Source: Coprobacillaceae bacterium (GTDB taxonomy: Bacteria > Bacillota_I > Bacilli_A > Erysipelotrichales > Coprobacillaceae). From it: a DNA stretch of 32,000 nucleotides. Both the position numbers and the translations under genes were made by a program. How positions within the stretch are numbered: the stretch's first letter is position 1; each line of letters opens with the position of its first letter. The stretch spans positions 1,920,001-1,952,000 of the forward strand of contig OY776328.1 of the NCBI GenBank assembly GCA_963675515.1. The letters run 5' to 3'. Of the stretch, positions 1-9,123 are shown piece by piece. Below the pieces are notes generated by a model. It saw only the letters and a list, made by a program, of their open reading frames with translations. It was not told where the DNA came from and made no database searches.

Positions 1-1677
1 AAGAAGACTAAAAACAAGGATAGAATCTATTTATCGTACATTCATTCTTACCGAGAAGGCAAGAAAATCAAGCAAGTTACAATTAAGAAACTGGGTTATG
101 TGGATGATTTGATGGCTACTTACGACGACCCTATCAAATACTTCACTGATAACCTTAAGAAATTCGAAAAAGAGCTAATGCCTGAACTTGATAACGTCAC
201 TATCGAGCTTTCGCGCACTAAGGACATTGATTTCGATACCAACCGATTTTTCAATTTCGGCTATGCACCGCTTAAGCAGATTTACAATGACCTCGGGCTT
301 TATGACTACTTTGTCAAATATCAAAAGAAGTCTATCTCAAAATACACCATCAATGAAATTATAAAGCTTCTAGTATTTTCAAGAATTATCCATCCCGGAT
401 CAAAAAACGAGAACTTTTCTAAGAAGGATCAATTTTTTGAGCGGTTCAATTTTGAAGTTCATGATATTTACCGTTGTCTTTCAGAGGTTTCCGATCTATC
501 TCAAGAAATCCAATCCGTAATCAATAAATCCATCAAGTCAAAATATGGAAGAGACGATAATCTCGCATATTATGATTGCACCAATTATTATTTCGAGATA
601 AATCAAGAAGATGAGTTGAGACGAAAAGGTCCTAGCAAGGAGAAAAGAAAAACTCCCATTGTTCAAATGGGATTACTAATGGATTCAAATGGGTTTCCGA
701 TATCTTACAATATCTTCCCTGGTAATAAATCAGAAAAATTATCTTTAGTTCCTGAGGTAAAAAGACTTCGAAAGAACAATGGAATCGATAAGATAATTGT
801 GGTAGCTGATCGCGGGCTCAATACTAGCGATAATATTTATCAGCTTGTCGGAAAAAGAGATGGGTACGTCTATTCGCAAACCATCAGGGGCTCTTCAGCC
901 AAATTCAAAGATTATGTATTGGACGAAAGTGGCTACGTGATTACCGAGAGCGGATTTAAGTACAAAGAAAGAGTTGAGAAAAAATATATCAATTATACTG
1001 ACACAAATGGCGAAAAGAAGAGAGCAAGTGTTCCACAAAAACAAATAGTTTTCTATAGTCCTGATTACGACAAAAGGGCAAAAGCTCTAAGATACGAAGC
1101 CATCAAGAAAGCCGAATCCTACGTTAAGTCACCAGGAAAATACAAGAGTTCTAAGGGTTATGGAGCAGCGAAGTTTGTCAACGAGACAAATTACAACGAT
1201 ATTACCGGAGAAGTAGTTGAACAGTTTTTGGAGCTTGATCTGGATAAAATTTCTGAAGAAGAGAAATTCGATGGATATTATTCGATAGTAACAAGCGAAA
1301 TCGAGAAATCATCTGAAGAAGTAATAGAAATATACAGGGGCTTGTGGCGAATTGAAGAATCGTTCAAAATCACTAAATCAGAATTCAAAGCAAGACCGGT
1401 TTATCTTAGCCGAGAAGAAAGGATAAACAGTCATTTTCTAACGTGCTTCATCGCATTGGCAATAATGAGGGTACTGGAATACGAATTAGGCAGAAAACAC
1501 GCCGTATCATCGATAATCGAAGCAATGAGGGAGTGTATCCTCATTAACGTAAACAATAATAATTATATTCCAGGAAACAGAAATAAGATAATGGATGAAA
1601 TCGGTCAAAAGTATGGGATAAATTTTAACCGTCAAGTATACACTCGCCAAGATATAAAAAAAATTTTGAAAAATTAA
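1..1677 (+). CDS. IS1634-family (IS4-like DDE) transposase; the 5' end runs off the window
   Basis: Frame 1 is open from nt 1 (KKTKNKDRIYLSYIHSYREGKKIKQVTIKKLGYVDDL...) into the tracked 525-aa ORF. DDE-type blocks are present: YYDCTNYYFE, VVADRGLNT, WRIEESFKITKSEF. The region is AT-rich compared with the adjacent core genes. Confidence 0.8.
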   Translation, partial: KKTKNKDRIYLSYIHSYREGKKIKQVTIKKLGYVDDLMATYDDPIKYFTDNLKKFEKELMPELDNVTIELSRTKDIDFDTNRFFNFGYAPLKQIYNDLGLYDYFVKYQKKSISKYTINEIIKLLVFSRIIHPGSKNENFSKKDQFFERFNFEVHDIYRCLSEVSDLSQEIQSVINKSIKSKYGRDDNLAYYDCTNYYFEINQEDELRRKGPSKEKRKTPIVQMGLLMDSNGFPISYNIFPGNKSEKLSLVPEVKRLRKNNGIDKIIVVADRGLNTSDNIYQLVGKRDGYVYSQTIRGSSAKFKDYVLDESGYVITESGFKYKERVEKKYINYTDTNGEKKRASVPQKQIVFYSPDYDKRAKALRYEAIKKAESYVKSPGKYKSSKGYGAAKFVNETNYNDITGEVVEQFLELDLDKISEEEKFDGYYSIVTSEIEKSSEEVIEIYRGLWRIEESFKITKSEFKARPVYLSREERINSHFLTCFIALAIMRVLEYELGRKHAVSSIIEAMRECILINVNNNNYIPGNRNKIMDEIGQKYGINFNRQVYTRQDIKKILKN

Positions 1678-1714
1678 TATTCGGATCTATTTCACAACAT
1701 AAAAATCAAAATCA

Positions 1715-1759
1715 AAAACCGCTGAAACCCTTATTATGTCTAGGTTTCAACGGTTTTTT
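1715..1759. terminator. Hairpin between the convergent transposase and hydrolase genes (possible bidirectional terminator, or part of the IS end)
   Basis: AAAACCGCTGAAACC ... GGTTTCAACGGTTTT inverted repeat followed by a T run. It lies between the stop at 1677 (+) and the stop at 1820 (-). Confidence 0.45.
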
Positions 1760-1819
1760 ACACACTATGGGTGTCAAACTCAAGTTACAGCCGGATTTTG
1801 TCAACCAATTATAAGGGTA

Positions 1820-2728
1820 CTAGTAGTAGGTGTGCCTTTCGAGCCAGTCGACTACCTGCCAATAGACATCCTTGTGTTTGATTTCATGAAGGATATCCAT
1901 CCGCATTTCAGGGTATATCTTCATTTCGATATCTTTGATGCCTTGTTTTTTATAACTGCTGTAAAGCCACGTGACGCCCTTGCCATAGCCTCCAAAAAAA
2001 TCATCCTGGCCTGAAAGCAGCAGGACTGGAAGATCGGTGGGGATGTTCTTGATGTATTCGTACGAAGCGCCCTGGTCAATCATCGTCATGATTTCCCGAT
2101 ATGATTTGTTCGTGTAGGCAAAATGATTGAATGGGTCGTCGTAGTACTTCGCCACTTCCTGTGGGTCATGGCTAATATAATCAAGAGCGTTGCTCGATTT
2201 TCCAAACCGGTTGTGGATTATTTTATGGATGAAATTGTTTTTGGCATCGTCTCTTAAAAAAAGCGAAGACAAGCGGAAAGCCAGCCGATAATGACAAAAC
2301 GGATTTGGTCCGTTTGTACCCAGCAGAATGCATCCGTCGATTTTATCCCCGAAGCGGGATATGTACTTTTTCAAAACGACAGATCCAAGCTGATAGCCAA
2401 GCATGAAATACGGCAGCGAAGGGTACCGGTCGGAAATGATGTCGCGCAGTTTCTCGACATCATCGACCAGGGAGATCGTACCGTCGAAGGCGGAGAATTG
2501 TCCTTGGGAGAAATTGTCGAGCGACTGGCCATGCCCGGCAAAATCGGCCGCAACAACCACATAGCCATGATTGGCAAGAAAAGAAGCGAATTTATGATAA
2601 CGTTCGTGATATTCCTCAAACCCATGGTGGATCTGGACAATGGCCCGGCAGCGGATGATGATTTTTGGAAGATAGATGGCAAAGTGGACGTGGGTGCCAC
2701 TGGTAACGTAAACTTCTTCGTTTCTCAT
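1820..2728 (-). CDS. Alpha/beta-hydrolase fold protein (lysophospholipase / monoacylglycerol-lipase-like) with an atypical nucleophile elbow
   Basis: 302-aa ORF. It has HGFEEYHERY...GHGQS typical of the family and C-terminal D and H candidates (SGQDDFFGG, DILHE). The elbow reads GYQLG instead of GHSMG. The start lies 3 nt after the ygiQ stop. Confidence 0.75.
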   Translation of the reverse strand: MRNEEVYVTSGTHVHFAIYLPKIIIRCRAIVQIHHGFEEYHERYHKFASFLANHGYVVVAADFAGHGQSLDNFSQGQFSAFDGTISLVDDVEKLRDIISDRYPSLPYFMLGYQLGSVVLKKYISRFGDKIDGCILLGTNGPNPFCHYRLAFRLSSLFLRDDAKNNFIHKIIHNRFGKSSNALDYISHDPQEVAKYYDDPFNHFAYTNKSYREIMTMIDQGASYEYIKNIPTDLPVLLLSGQDDFFGGYGKGVTWLYSSYKKQGIKDIEMKIYPEMRMDILHEIKHKDVYWQVVDWLERHTYY

Positions 2729-2731
2729 CGT

Positions 2732-4552
2732 CTAGCCCCTTTTGGTGTTTTTATGGCCGCGATTGCCCTTTGGCCTGATCAGACATTTTGGCGAGTGGCC
2801 GACAAGGTCGAGCCGGTTGGCTTGAACCAGGGCATTGTAGACCAGATCGTAGTTTTTAGGGTCGCGGAATTGCATCAATGCCCGCTGCATTTCCTTTTCC
2901 TTGGCATTTTTGGGAACGTACACTTCCTTCATCGTCCGCGGATCAAGCCCGGTGTAGTACATGGTAGTCGACAACGTTCCCGGGGTCGGATAGAAGTCCT
3001 GAACCTGTTTTGGCTGATGGTTGATGTCACGGAGATACTCCGCCAGCTCGATGGCATCATCCAGCGTCGAACCGGGATGGGAAGAAATCAGATAAGGGAC
3101 AATGAACTGATTCTTGTCCATTTCCTTGTTAAGCCGGTGGTATTTCGCCACAAACTTCTCATACAGACCCCGATGCGGTTTGCCCATAAGATCGAGAACA
3201 TGGTCGGAAATATGCTCAGGGGCAACTTTGAGCTGGCCGGAAATATGATGCTCCACCAGTTCCCTGAAGAAAGTGTCATCCTTGTCATACATCAGGTAAT
3301 CGTACCGCAAACCGCTGCGGACAAAGACCTTTTTGACCCCCGGAAGCTCCCGCAGCTTGCGAAGGAGTGCCAGGTAGTCGCCATGGTCGACGGTCAGGTT
3401 CTTGCATGGCGTCGGATGGAGGCATTGACGCTCGATGCAGACCCCTTTGGTCAGCTGCCCCTGGCAGCTTGGGTGTCTGAAGTTGGCGGTCGGCCCGCCC
3501 ACGTCATGGATGTACCCTTTGAAGTCCTTGTCGGCGATAAGTTCCTTGGCTTCCTGGATGATTGACTCGTGCGAGCGCACCTGCAGGATCCGGCCCTGAT
3601 GGAAGGTTATCGCGCAGAAACTGCAAGAGCCAAAGCAGCCCCGGTTGGATATAAGCGAATACTTGACCTCGTCGATGGCCGGAATATGCTTCTGGTACAT
3701 CGGATGGGCATTACGCGTATAGCCCAGCGAGTAAGCCCAGTCGAATTCGCTTTGCTCGAGTGGCCGCGCCGGACGGTTCTGGACAACATACCAGCCCGGG
3801 TAAGTCTCCACCAGCGTATTGCCCTTGAAATGGTCGGTGTTTTTCGACTGAATCAAAAAGCTTCTGGCATAGGCTTTTTTGTCATCACATATTTCCTGGA
3901 ATGAGGGCAGCATCGTCGCTTCATAGACACTGTCGATGTCTTTGGTCTTGTACACCGTTCCATCCAAATATGTCAGGTACTCGATATCCAAACCGGAATC
4001 GAGAGCCTGGGCGATTTCCACAATGATGTTTTCCGCCATCCCGTAAACAAGCAGATCGGCATTGGCGTCGATGATGATCGACTTGCGGACCTTGTTCGAC
4101 CAGTAGTCGTAATGGCCCATCCGGCGCAGGCTGGCCTCGATCCCGCCGATGATGATCGGTGTGTCCTTGTAAGAAGCCTGACGTGCCATCTGGGAATAGA
4201 CGATGGTCGCCCGATCCGGCCGTTTGAACGCGACATTGCCAGGTGTGTAGACATCGTTATGTCGTCTTTTTTTGGCAACCGTATAGTGGTTGACCATCGA
4301 ATCGATGTTGCCTGAAGAGATCAGGAATCCAAGCCGGGGTTGCCCGAATATCCTGAAATTCTCGACATCATGCCAATCCGGCTGTGACAATACAGCCACC
4401 TTGAAACCGTGTGCCATCAGCACCCGGCCCAAAATCGCCATGCCAAAAGTAGGATGATCGACATAGCCATCCCCGCTGATGAAAACAAAGTCGACTTCCT
4501 GCCATCCTCTGTCTTCCATATCCTGTTTACACACTGGTAATAATTCGCTCAT
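2732..4552 (-). CDS. ygiQ: YgiQ-family (UPF0313) radical SAM protein
   Basis: 606-aa ORF. The N-terminus GWQEVDFVFISGDGYVDHPTFG is typical of the YgiQ N-domain. The CxxxCxxC cluster motif is present (RGCFGSCSFCAI). An AAGGAG RBS precedes the ATG. Confidence 0.88.
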   Translation of the reverse strand: MSELLPVCKQDMEDRGWQEVDFVFISGDGYVDHPTFGMAILGRVLMAHGFKVAVLSQPDWHDVENFRIFGQPRLGFLISSGNIDSMVNHYTVAKKRRHNDVYTPGNVAFKRPDRATIVYSQMARQASYKDTPIIIGGIEASLRRMGHYDYWSNKVRKSIIIDANADLLVYGMAENIIVEIAQALDSGLDIEYLTYLDGTVYKTKDIDSVYEATMLPSFQEICDDKKAYARSFLIQSKNTDHFKGNTLVETYPGWYVVQNRPARPLEQSEFDWAYSLGYTRNAHPMYQKHIPAIDEVKYSLISNRGCFGSCSFCAITFHQGRILQVRSHESIIQEAKELIADKDFKGYIHDVGGPTANFRHPSCQGQLTKGVCIERQCLHPTPCKNLTVDHGDYLALLRKLRELPGVKKVFVRSGLRYDYLMYDKDDTFFRELVEHHISGQLKVAPEHISDHVLDLMGKPHRGLYEKFVAKYHRLNKEMDKNQFIVPYLISSHPGSTLDDAIELAEYLRDINHQPKQVQDFYPTPGTLSTTMYYTGLDPRTMKEVYVPKNAKEKEMQRALMQFRDPKNYDLVYNALVQANRLDLVGHSPKCLIRPKGNRGHKNTKRG

Positions 4553-4562
4553 TATGACTCCT

Positions 4563-5300
4563 TTACAAAAACTCGTTGATGAATTTCTTAGATTTGAATC
4601 TCATCCCGGTATATTCTTCAATATAATAATCAATTATCCTGATCAATTCAAGATAATCTTGCGATTCGATCGAAATTTTATCGATATCATCGATTGTTTT
4701 GGTGCATACTTGGCGGAACTCTCTCAAAAATCGTGGCGGATATTTCTGCGCCTTGTAATCGAGATGTTCCTTGCAGACAAACCCGCCCTCATATGATATC
4801 CCGGCAACCCTGGGACTGTGGCAGACATGGCAGCCGTTTGCTTCGACCTTGCAGCCTAGCAACCCCAGCACGAAGGTATTGAACAACAGATAGACCAGCC
4901 TTGGGTCATGGCCGTTATTCAGTGCTTCAAGACTTTTTTTTAGCACACCATAAAGCCTTGCCGTTGGCACATTGGTCTCCTGGAAGCGGTAGAAAAATTC
5001 AAGAATGTAAACGCCAAAACTTTGAACCGCTACATCGGAGTGGATGTAGCGGTAAAATTTGATATTCTGCGCCTTGATCAACCGGGACAGCCCCTTTTTC
5101 AACACCACGGTGAACTCGCTGTTGGCAAAAAGAAGGCAGCTCGAGGCATTCTTGTTAAGGATCTTCTTGACCCCTTTGGCGATGAAAGCTATCTTCCCGA
5201 ACTCCTGAGTGTAGATGGTGATGATCTGGTCATTGTCCTGGTACGCCTGGACATTGATGACAATCCCCTCGACAACCTCGAAATCAGTAGTCGTCTTCAT
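4563..5300 (-). CDS. recO: DNA repair protein RecO
   Basis: The internal start MKTTTDFEVVEGIVINVQAYQDNDQIITIYT matches the RecO OB-fold N-terminus. A zinc-finger-like CHVCH...CKEH is present. The ATG at 5300 overlaps the era stop. The first 38 codons of the tracked ORF are probably not translated. Confidence 0.88.
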   Translation of the reverse strand: MKTTTDFEVVEGIVINVQAYQDNDQIITIYTQEFGKIAFIAKGVKKILNKNASSCLLFANSEFTVVLKKGLSRLIKAQNIKFYRYIHSDVAVQSFGVYILEFFYRFQETNVPTARLYGVLKKSLEALNNGHDPRLVYLLFNTFVLGLLGCKVEANGCHVCHSPRVAGISYEGGFVCKEHLDYKAQKYPPRFLREFRQVCTKTIDDIDKISIESQDYLELIRIIDYYIEEYTGMRFKSKKFINEFL

Positions 5301-6174
5301 TGTAGCCAAATTCCCGCAAGTACTTCGGCTTGTTGCGCCAGTTCTTCTCGACCTTGACAAACAGTTCGAGGTAGACTGGCATCTGCAAGAACCGTCGGAT
5401 TTCCTTGCGGGCATTGGTCCGGATCTTCTGGATCATCGCTCCCTGTTTTCCAACGATTATGGCCTTCTGGGTCGGCCGCTCTACCACGATTGAAGCCATT
5501 ATTTCCATTTCCCCATCGATTTCCTGCATCCTCTCGATGACAATGGCGATGCTGTGGGGCACCTCGTCATGGGTGAAGTAGAGGATCTTCTCGCGGATGA
5601 ATTCAGCTACTATGAATTTTTCCGGGTGATCGGTGATCTGGTCGTTTGGATAGTATTTCACCCCTTCGCCAAGATATTTGACGATCTGGTCGATCAACAC
5701 CTGGATATTTTCACTTGATTTGGCGCTTATAGGAATGATCTGGTCGAAATCCATCAACTTTTGCCAAGCCGTCAGTTTCTGGATCAGTTGTTCCTTGGAA
5801 ACAAGATCGATCTTGTTTAGCACCAGGAACTTAGGTCCTTCGACCTGCTTGAGTTTTTCAACGATGAACCGGTCGCCATGACCTATTTCTTCATTGGCCG
5901 GAGCGACAAACAGGACAATGTCCACCCCGTATATGCTGTTGATGGCAGTGGTATTCATAAATGATCCAAGATTGTCCTGAGGCTTGTGGATCCCCGGAGT
6001 ATCCATGAAGATGATCTGGGCATCGTCGCGGTTGTAGATCCCCTGGATCGTGTTTCTTGTAGTCTGGGCCACATCCGACATGATTGCCAGCTTGGTTTGT
6101 AATATATTGTTGAGCAGGGTCGATTTGCCCACGTTGGGCCGCCCTACAATCGATACGAATCCTGATTTAAACAT
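5284..6174 (-). CDS. era: GTPase Era
   Basis: 296 aa. It has the G1 motif GRPNVGKSTLLN, DTPG, NKID and a C-terminal KH domain. It sits in the conserved ybeY-cdd-era-recO order. Confidence 0.95.
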   Translation of the reverse strand: MFKSGFVSIVGRPNVGKSTLLNNILQTKLAIMSDVAQTTRNTIQGIYNRDDAQIIFMDTPGIHKPQDNLGSFMNTTAINSIYGVDIVLFVAPANEEIGHGDRFIVEKLKQVEGPKFLVLNKIDLVSKEQLIQKLTAWQKLMDFDQIIPISAKSSENIQVLIDQIVKYLGEGVKYYPNDQITDHPEKFIVAEFIREKILYFTHDEVPHSIAIVIERMQEIDGEMEIMASIVVERPTQKAIIVGKQGAMIQKIRTNARKEIRRFLQMPVYLELFVKVEKNWRNKPKYLREFGYNEDDY

Positions 6175-6568
6175 CTATATCCTCCTTGGAAAATGCATAG
6201 GGCATCAGATCTTTCACCCTCAATTTTTCATAGCCTTGATTTGAACTCATGATGACAAGCCCGTCCTGGCCCATCAACTCTGCCATCACCTGTAGACAGG
6301 CTCCACATGGCCGGATGATTTTTTCACCGTCATGGTAGATGGCCAAAGCCTTGATGTCGCAAGGTTTAAAGCCATTGGAAATGGCCGCTCCCAAAGCGTT
6401 GCGTTCCGCACATATTGTCGAACCGTAGGCGGCGTTTTCAACATTCGTCCCCAGCACCACCTGGCCATCAACAAGTAGCAAGGCGGCACCAACGGCGAAA
6501 TTCGAATAGGGACTGTAGGAATGGCCAGACGCCTTTTTTGCCTGTTCGATAAGTTCTCTGTCTTCCAT
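6167..6568 (-). CDS. cdd: Cytidine deaminase
   Basis: Zinc-site motifs CAERNA and PCGACLQ are present. The preferred start MEDRELIEQAKK at 6568 follows an AAGGGGA RBS and lies 1 nt after the ybeY stop. The gene overlaps the era start by 8 nt. Confidence 0.9.
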   Translation of the reverse strand: MEDRELIEQAKKASGHSYSPYSNFAVGAALLLVDGQVVLGTNVENAAYGSTICAERNALGAAISNGFKPCDIKALAIYHDGEKIIRPCGACLQVMAELMGQDGLVIMSSNQGYEKLRVKDLMPYAFSKEDIDV

Positions 6569-6569
6569 A

Positions 6570-7028
6570 CTATCCCCTTTTGATTTCCAGACCATCCAGG
6601 ATCAGCTTCTGGAGATCGGTCATTTCTTTTTCATCCTCGTCATTCATATGGTCATAGCCAAGCAAATGAAGCAGGCCGTGGGTGAAAAGGAAGCAGAACT
6701 CTCTTCTTAGCGAATGACCGTATTCTTTGGCCTGATTGATCACATAATCGTCACAGATGAAAATGTCACCCAACATCCTGATTTCCCCTCCGACTATCTG
6801 TTCGCCCTCTTCCAATGCGAAGGAAATGACATCGGTAGGCCGGTCGATATGCCGGTATTCCCTGTTTATCTCGTGGATCTTTTCAGTAGAAACGATGATG
6901 CATGAGAGCTCCAGGTCCTCTTCGATATTCAACAGCTCACAGGTCTTCAAAACGATGTTGTTCAAATCCCCGCTGTAATCTTCTTCAATTTTTTCCGATT
7001 GGTTTATTAACGCTAAATCTATTTCCAT
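6570..7028 (-). CDS. ybeY: rRNA maturation endoribonuclease YbeY
   Basis: 152 aa with the metal-binding motif HGLLHLLGYDH. Confidence 0.92.
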   Translation of the reverse strand: MEIDLALINQSEKIEEDYSGDLNNIVLKTCELLNIEEDLELSCIIVSTEKIHEINREYRHIDRPTDVISFALEEGEQIVGGEIRMLGDIFICDDYVINQAKEYGHSLRREFCFLFTHGLLHLLGYDHMNDEDEKEMTDLQKLILDGLEIKRG

Positions 7029-7046
7029 TCAATTCACCTTACTTTT

Positions 7047-9038
7047 CTAAATTAAATCTATTCTATCATAAAGAACGCACAAATTCATCAATTTTGTATT
7101 GTGGGTTATCATCAGTACGATAATATCCAATTTCTCCAGGTAGTCAATGATAACTTGGGCAGTTGGCAGATCGATGTTGCTCAATGCCTCGTCCAGGATG
7201 ATGACTTCCGCTCCTTGGCATATGGTTCTTACAATCATGACAATCTGGGCCATGCCAGCCGAAAGGAAGTCCTGGTCGAGCTGGCATTCCAGCAAGTCCA
7301 GCAACGCAGACTGGTTGAATTTTTCCAGAAGCTCGATCATCAGTTTTTCCTGATCGCCCCCCAGCAAGATGTTGAACCTGAGGCTTTCATTGAAGAACGT
7401 CGGCTGCTTGTCGAGATAGACAATCTTTCTTTTAAGATGCCGGCTGTCATATTCGCCAAGATTGTCTCCGTTGATCAATATTTCCCCGGATTGAGCCTCC
7501 AGATCGCCGCAAAGAAGCAGACTCAGGGTTGTCTTCCCCTTGCCGATGGCACCGGTGATGATTGTGTTGCCTGTGATCTTGCGATTGAAGTTGTCAAATA
7601 TCAAATTGCGACCATAGCCGAATTTGAGATTGCAGCATTCGATTGACCTGATTGTTTTCTTGAGCCGCCGTCTGTTTTCCGGTTTGTCCGGGAGCAGCAG
7701 TTGGTACTTTGCGAATATCAGGGCCATTTCCGGAAAGTTGATTGCGAAGGTTACGATATTCATCAAAAACCTGGCCCCCAGCGTGAACAATAAATATATC
7801 AAAATAAGATAGGACTTGTCAAATGGCAGCAATGTCGCCAAAATTATTATCAAAACCCCCATCAGGCTGACAATCAGGTCACCAAGAAGGGAGATCTTGA
7901 CCTGGATCATGTTTTTTTCCTGGAAATCCCAGGCAAAGGCATCATAATGGAAGCCGACTTTTTTCTTGAAAAATGATCTCATTGAATACTGGTTGATGGA
8001 ATGGTAATTGTTGATCAGCTCGAGAACCGTCTCGTTGAAAGTTTCCTCGTTTTCCAGATAATCACCTTCGACTTTCTTAAGTACCTCCAGAAGTCGAAAC
8101 AGTCCCCAGGCAAAAAGCACCATAGCAATGATAATGGCTGCAAAAACCTGCCAGGAAATCAATGCTATCGTCCCGAAAAGAAAGACAACCAGGACCAGGT
8201 CGAAGGTGATTGTCGTGTACCCGGTGCAGATCGTCGCGCTAAGCACAAACAGATTGTTTATCTGGGTCAGGGTTTTACCTTGCTTGAGGTTTTGAAAGAA
8301 AAACGGCTGGAGATAGACAATATTCTCCACGGTCCGACATACCAATCGTTCCATGATTCCGCGCTGCAGCTTAAAAAAAAGAAAACTTCTGGCCTTTTCC
8401 AAAAGCGCCTTGATTACAATCAACCCGGCGAACGCCACCGAGACCACCAGCAGGAGATTTCCGGCAATTTCTTCCTGGAAGATATTGTTGTAATACCACG
8501 AGACTGCCAGGGTCGCCAATGAAATAAGCAACGAAAAGCCAATCAGCCTGCCCACTCCAAATCGGTCCTCCTTGAGATTGCCCGCAAGAAGCGCGACCAG
8601 GGAATTTGATTTGTTTTTGGATTCATAGCGGCCGACATGTTCAATATTTATGACAATACCCTTGAACATCGAAGCGAATTGTTCACGGGCTAGCTTGATT
8701 TTCCCTTTTTGGGGATCGCCGACAAGCAGGTTTTTCTTTGTTTTTTTGTAGACCACGACATAATGATTGTTTCCATGATTGTCAACCATCGCAATGGCTG
8801 GAAAACTGGCCTCGTCCAAAAATGAGTCAAGATCGCTCTGGTATCCCTTGGCCTCGATATTGTATCCCTTGAGCAGACGGATCATTCCCGATACGCTTGA
8901 ACCGGCAAAGTGCGGATTGATGGCCTGTTTTAGCTTTAGGATATTTTCATTGCGGCCATGATATGACAGGACCATCGCCACACAGTAGACCCCGCAGCTG
9001 CTCGGGTCATCCTGAATATAATAATTGTATTTTCGCAT
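7047..9038 (-). CDS. Peptidase-C39-domain ABC exporter (PCAT / bacteriocin-type transporter)
   Basis: 663 aa. The N-terminal C39 motifs are QDDPSSCGVYCVAMVLSYHG and HYVVVY. The middle of the protein is hydrophobic. The NBD has Walker A GAIGKGKTT, a Q-loop DKQP, an atypical signature LSAGM, Walker B VIILDEA and an H-loop ITHN. Confidence 0.8.
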   Translation of the reverse strand: MRKYNYYIQDDPSSCGVYCVAMVLSYHGRNENILKLKQAINPHFAGSSVSGMIRLLKGYNIEAKGYQSDLDSFLDEASFPAIAMVDNHGNNHYVVVYKKTKKNLLVGDPQKGKIKLAREQFASMFKGIVINIEHVGRYESKNKSNSLVALLAGNLKEDRFGVGRLIGFSLLISLATLAVSWYYNNIFQEEIAGNLLLVVSVAFAGLIVIKALLEKARSFLFFKLQRGIMERLVCRTVENIVYLQPFFFQNLKQGKTLTQINNLFVLSATICTGYTTITFDLVLVVFLFGTIALISWQVFAAIIIAMVLFAWGLFRLLEVLKKVEGDYLENEETFNETVLELINNYHSINQYSMRSFFKKKVGFHYDAFAWDFQEKNMIQVKISLLGDLIVSLMGVLIIILATLLPFDKSYLILIYLLFTLGARFLMNIVTFAINFPEMALIFAKYQLLLPDKPENRRRLKKTIRSIECCNLKFGYGRNLIFDNFNRKITGNTIITGAIGKGKTTLSLLLCGDLEAQSGEILINGDNLGEYDSRHLKRKIVYLDKQPTFFNESLRFNILLGGDQEKLMIELLEKFNQSALLDLLECQLDQDFLSAGMAQIVMIVRTICQGAEVIILDEALSNIDLPTAQVIIDYLEKLDIIVLMITHNTKLMNLCVLYDRIDLI

Positions 9039-9094
9039 GTTTTCACCCCTTCAAGACTTATTCCTCTTATCGGGGATGTTTCCTTGAAAATGTA

Positions 9095-9123
9095 ATGAAA
9101 AAAGTGCGGAAAAATCCACACTT
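9095..9123 (-). terminator. Rho-independent terminator after the aminotransferase gene
   Basis: The minus strand reads AAGTGTGGA-TTTT-TCCGCACTT followed by TTTTTCATT, starting at the stop codon. Confidence 0.6.

Noticed and set aside
2291-3565. A 424-aa plus-strand ORF, and other long plus-strand ORFs in the core block (e.g. 7101-7646, 8001-8522, 10861-11304, 14200-14892).
   Set aside because: They lie antisense to well-supported minus-strand genes (ygiQ/hydrolase, PCAT, deacetylase, EF-G paralogue). Their composition is low-complexity with no recognisable motifs, and none has an RBS. They are shadow ORFs typical of moderately GC-rich coding DNA.
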